NCBI GenBank assembly: GCA_027062325.1 | Contig: JAMOTN010000079.1 | Coordinates: 361 to 64,360, forward strand | Length of the DNA: 64,000 bases | From: a bacterium | GTDB lineage: Bacteria > JAMOTN01 | Direction of reading: 5' to 3' | Part shown: positions 60,145 to 64,000 of the stretch, in pieces | How the letters are laid out: each line of letters starts with the position of its first letter | How positions within the stretch are numbered: position 1 is the stretch's first letter | The notes under the pieces: generated by a model | The model's input: the letters and a program-made list of their open reading frames with translations, nothing else | Told to the model about the DNA's origin: nothing | Database searches by the model: none | Program-made: the position numbers and the translations under genes

Positions 60145-61290
60145 CTAACCAAATAGAAACTTTAAAAACAGGATAGAGAACACAAACATAGTCACTCCAA
60201 ATATATGGTAATACTTAACAAAATCTATGGCTAGCCCCCATTTCTGAACAAACCTTAAAACTATCATATTGGCAAGTGAAGAGGTCAACACTCCACACCC
60301 TCCTAAATTAACACCATAGCTTAAAGCCTTTACATCTACATACTTGTGAGCCAGTAAAACTGTTGCAGGTACATTACTGATAACCTGACTCAAAAGCAAA
60401 GCAAAACTTGATAACTTAAATTTAGAATCAAAACAATCTGTATCCACAATTTTCTCTAATAAAAATGAAAACAATCGAAAATCCAAAATCAACAACAATA
60501 ACGCTACAATCAAAAACCAATCAAGAGTAGCAAATACATCTTCAAATAATAAAAAGCTCAGCACCCAGATGGGAAGTTGTATATAAACATCTACTCCAAA
60601 ATCCATTGCCATTACGAAAATTAACATTATTAGCAAAGCAATTAAAAGCCTATATATAGAAATTCTACCCTTCTCATTTTCTACTCCATTGAACTTTATA
60701 TTCTTCTCTAACTTAAACATTCTTCTAAATACAGAAAAATAAAATAATAAAGCCAGCAGTGCAGAAAATAAAAGGTAAGGTAGCATCATTTTAAAAAATT
60801 CAATCACTCCAAAACTGTAGAAAGACATCAAGTACATATTTTGAGGATTTCCAATAGGCGAAAAACCACTAAATAAATTGACTACAACAGCTGTAAAAAC
60901 AGCAAGGCTTAATAAATCACTATTCAAAAAATTTGAAAATATAGGCAATAATGGCATTATTATCAAAAGAGATATATCATTTGTCAGGAGGATTGCCATT
61001 AAAAATACAAACAGCAGATAAACACCCCATCTACTAAAAATACCTATCCTCCTGAGTTTATAAACATAAAATTTTACAAGGCTTAACAAACCACTGAAAC
61101 GCAATAAATTTGTAAGCAAAAAAAGTGTAAAAATTCTCCCCAATCCTAAAAAGACATCCCTTTTAAAAACCCTATCCAACTCTACAACTTTTTTAAAATA
61201 GATTACTCCCACTGCTACGGCAAAAAGCAACAGCAAAGATGATATTATAAACTTCTCATGCCGGCTTAAAGTAATCACAATCAACGCCAA
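60145..61290 (-). CDS. ArsB/NhaD/SLC13-type anion transporter (YbiR-like)
   Basis: LTND, SPIGNPQN, SQVISNVPA, GVNLGG, SLAN; start uncertain. Confidence 0.85.
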   Translation of the reverse strand: MALIVITLSRHEKFIISSLLLLFAVAVGVIYFKKVVELDRVFKRDVFLGLGRIFTLFLLTNLLRFSGLLSLVKFYVYKLRRIGIFSRWGVYLLFVFLMAILLTNDISLLIIMPLLPIFSNFLNSDLLSLAVFTAVVVNLFSGFSPIGNPQNMYLMSFYSFGVIEFFKMMLPYLLFSALLALLFYFSVFRRMFKLEKNIKFNGVENEKGRISIYRLLIALLIMLIFVMAMDFGVDVYIQLPIWVLSFLLFEDVFATLDWFLIVALLLLILDFRLFSFLLEKIVDTDCFDSKFKLSSFALLLSQVISNVPATVLLAHKYVDVKALSYGVNLGGCGVLTSSLANMIVLRFVQKWGLAIDFVKYYHIFGVTMFVFSILFLKFLFG

Positions 61291-61873
61291 CCTCTTCTGA
61301 GGTAAAATACTTATCTATCAAGCGACAATAGTGCTTGCCATCCTTATAATTTGGAATAAAGTTAACACAACTTATACACATACGCGTCATCTTCAAAAAA
61401 TTGTGTTTTTGGAGCTCAAATATTGTATCCACAAGCATTCCATAAACTTTCTTCTTATCTTCTTCTGGAAAATCAGCTATCACGTCCTCTATAAACTTAG
61501 AAACATCTTCTGCTGGTTGCAGGATTTTCCTCGCTTTGGCAGTTAACTCCAGAAAAACCACTCGCCTATCTTTCTTGTTTTCTTTACGGCGAATATAACC
61601 CTTATCTTCAAGTTTTCTAACTGCAACACTTATTGTAGGTTTTGCAACTTCAAGTTCACTAGATAGAAATGAGACCGTCCGAAATTTTTGAGGCACAGAA
61701 GAAAGCATAAAAAGAATATTTAACTGTAAAGCGGTCAAACCCTTACTATAAGCTATTTTCCAAAGTTTACCCTTTTGAAAAAAACACAGTTTCTTTATAG
61801 CTTCCCATATTCTTTTCTCTATAGGCATATTTTGGCCCTTCTGAGAACTTAGCTGTTTCTTACGCGGCATCAA
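61256..61873 (-). CDS. MarR-family regulator with C-terminal Cys cluster
   Basis: GLTALQ, KPTISVAVRKLEDKGYI, DRR...LT; CxxC...C...C tail. Confidence 0.88.
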   Translation of the reverse strand: MMPRKKQLSSQKGQNMPIEKRIWEAIKKLCFFQKGKLWKIAYSKGLTALQLNILFMLSSVPQKFRTVSFLSSELEVAKPTISVAVRKLEDKGYIRRKENKKDRRVVFLELTAKARKILQPAEDVSKFIEDVIADFPEEDKKKVYGMLVDTIFELQKHNFLKMTRMCISCVNFIPNYKDGKHYCRLIDKYFTSEEVGVDCDYFKPA

Positions 61874-61908
61874 AATCTCCCCCTCTTTATATTGACATAC
61901 TAAAAGTT

Positions 61909-62877
61909 TTATATGCTAAGTACTATTTCCTCTGAATTCTTCAACTTCAGCAAAACACAATTATCGTTTATTTCAAAGTTTACCACAACTAACCACTTAT
62001 TTTCAAGAAAAATTAAAAATTTATAAATGTTTGCTTTGCTTACTTTTTTAAGTATTCTTTTTAAAGTAACAAAGATGGAAACTGGACTTCTATCCACACC
62101 AACAAAACTCCTACCTAGCTCCAAAGAAGTTACAGCAGTAGTCCCAGATCCCATTGTAAAGTCACCAATAATATCTCCCTTTTTACTGGATGACAAAATT
62201 ATTCTTTTTAAAAGTGCTGTCGGCTTTTGGGTAAAAAAACCCACTCTCTCCTTAGAAGAAGCCCTTATTACATCTATATCATCCCACCAATCAGGACATA
62301 TTTTATAGCGATACCACTGTTTTACTTTCGGATCATAGTATTCTTCAACACCCTTCCTACACATTCTATGCTTTAAATATTTCTTCACATACTGCCTTTT
62401 AAAAAACACACAAGATAATGACTTAGCATAAGCAAAAATGTTGTCATGCTTTCTAGGAAACCCCACTCGAGGAACACCACCTGTTTCATAACACCAAATT
62501 ATCTCGTTGACAAAATTATCCTCTCCAAACACCTCATCAAGCACAATCTTTGCATAATGCGCCACCCTCTGATCAACATGCAGGTAAAACCATCCACTGG
62601 AGCATAATTTCTCTCTAACACGTGCAGCAATGCCTTTTAGCCACTCTAACCACTTCTTCTTATCTCTAAAATCACTATAAGCCAAAATTCTCCTATTTCC
62701 AACATCAAAATAAAAATCCTTTCCTGTGCAGAAAGGAGGATCCATATAAACAAGTTGGAATCCTTTTTCAAAATTATCTAGAATATCTTCTGCCTTTCCA
62801 AAATAGAGCTCCACTTTAATTCCATCTATTAACTCTATCAAAATCTGCTCAGGAATCACTGTCATAGCAGGCATCAA
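61909..62877 (-). CDS. Site-specific DNA methyltransferase (N6A/N4C, beta class)
   Basis: DPPF (motif IV) before TQKP and DFTMGSGTT (motif I). Confidence 0.92.
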   Translation of the reverse strand: MMPAMTVIPEQILIELIDGIKVELYFGKAEDILDNFEKGFQLVYMDPPFCTGKDFYFDVGNRRILAYSDFRDKKKWLEWLKGIAARVREKLCSSGWFYLHVDQRVAHYAKIVLDEVFGEDNFVNEIIWCYETGGVPRVGFPRKHDNIFAYAKSLSCVFFKRQYVKKYLKHRMCRKGVEEYYDPKVKQWYRYKICPDWWDDIDVIRASSKERVGFFTQKPTALLKRIILSSSKKGDIIGDFTMGSGTTAVTSLELGRSFVGVDRSPVSIFVTLKRILKKVSKANIYKFLIFLENKWLVVVNFEINDNCVLLKLKNSEEIVLSI

Positions 62878-62878
62878 A

Positions 62879-64000
62879 TCAAAAGCTTCCTTCCTCTATA
62901 AAATTAATCAAGCGTTCTTCAAAATTCTCAGCAAAAATCTCAACGTCATTTTTCGGTTTTAGCAAGTAATAGTTGTAGAGATAGCGTAGAAAATTATCTA
63001 CAAGCACAGTATCTACTTCCCAATTATCTAAATTTTTAATATGCTCCAACAACTCTGAAAAACTCCATGCTCTTTTAGCAATTCCATCTATATCATAAAA
63101 AGCTTGACCAAGCACTATAACCTTTTTATGCCATAATAGCGCCTCTACTCCCACACTTGAGTTGATCGTTACAACAACCTCTGCCTTCTCTATCAGCTCC
63201 TGAGTAGAATTAGATGCAAAGTGTAAATTTGGAAATTTATCTGCTATTCGATGTAATTTAGAATAGTCTGCAAATCTTTCTGAAGGATGTTCCTTAAAGA
63301 TAAAATGAAGATCTGGAAACTCCTTTGCAATATCAACAAATAGCCAAAACAACTGTTCCATACTCTTTATCCACGGAGAAAAATAAATTATCTGAGTATC
63401 ACTCCAAACCTGAAAAGGAATAAACACGTACTTTAAAGAGGAAACATCTATTTTTTTTACATTTTTAAATTTTCTACAAATAGCCGGCTTTCTAGGAATT
63501 AGATTTTGAGGTAGCTCCCCCTCAAAAAAATTTTTTTCATAAAAGCTTTTATCCCGCGGAACAGAATTCAAAAAATTAACTCCTTTTAAATCCGCTTGAA
63601 TAGTATCTGGCAAAGGACCGTTTTCCAAGTAAATAACAGGAATATTATATTGCATAGCTAATTGCCTAACTATAAATAAAGGATACTTTAAACCATTCCA
63701 TACAACTAAAACTTTGGGATTGTAATCTTCTATTAATCTTTTTACATACATCCCTATTCGTGGGAGCAAGAAACGATACAAGCTCATTTTAAATTCAACT
63801 TTCCAAGGATGTGAATGATGCTTATACTTCAATTCTTCTCTCTTCTTCCTTAAAAAAAAGTCAATCTCAGACTTTTCAATAGGAATTGGAGGATAAAAAG
63901 CAGAAAAAATAGGAAGGGGCTTTACCAGCCCCTTCAATTTTTTAAAGTTCCCAACTACACCACTAAAGTACCTATAATTACTATGATACTTACAATAAGC
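62879..64000 (-). CDS. Capsule biosynthesis protein, KpsS-like (5' end beyond window)
   Basis: VWNG, ENGPLP, D.KGVN, PFQVWSDTQI, FKEHP, TINSSVG.EA; frame stays open upstream of 63937 to the edge. Confidence 0.82.
   Translation of the reverse strand, partial: AYCKYHSNYRYFSGVVGNFKKLKGLVKPLPIFSAFYPPIPIEKSEIDFFLRKKREELKYKHHSHPWKVEFKMSLYRFLLPRIGMYVKRLIEDYNPKVLVVWNGLKYPLFIVRQLAMQYNIPVIYLENGPLPDTIQADLKGVNFLNSVPRDKSFYEKNFFEGELPQNLIPRKPAICRKFKNVKKIDVSSLKYVFIPFQVWSDTQIIYFSPWIKSMEQLFWLFVDIAKEFPDLHFIFKEHPSERFADYSKLHRIADKFPNLHFASNSTQELIEKAEVVVTINSSVGVEALLWHKKVIVLGQAFYDIDGIAKRAWSFSELLEHIKNLDNWEVDTVLVDNFLRYLYNYYLLKPKNDVEIFAENFEERLINFIEEGSF

Overview
A 64 kb core-genome segment of a bacterium. It is probably diderm (a beta-barrel protein ending in Phe, and a KpsS capsule gene) and probably thermophilic and deep-branching (K/E/V-rich, divergent proteins); both points are inference. 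Almost all genes lie on the G-rich minus strand. Contents in order: a dcw cluster (murC-murG-ftsW-murD-mraY-murF-murE-ftsI) with no recognisable mraZ/rsmH/ftsL; smpB; rho; psuG; engB; glyS/glyQ; tRNA-Arg; a divergent ilvC-like gene; a PPi-type pfk; RNase P RNA; mutL; tsaD; a long class II aldolase with a pfkB kinase; gcvT-H-PA-PB; pgpA, a cinA-thpR fusion and recA; secreted clostripain and 5'-nucleotidase; rsmA; mnmA; nth; a five-tRNA operon; and an AT-richer surface-polysaccharide/MTase block running to the window edge. I saw no CRISPR array, IS element or prophage. The most striking unexplained signal is a 46-bp, 44/46-identical inverted copy of pfk codons 21-36 (28837-28882). It sits 1 kb away at 29887-29932, directly upstream of the RNase P RNA gene. 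Both mismatches would be G-U pairs in a minus-strand transcript, so it is a candidate long-range RNA duplex/antisense element or an invertible segment carrying rnpB and the pfk 5' end. All calls are from motif recognition by eye; no database searches were run.
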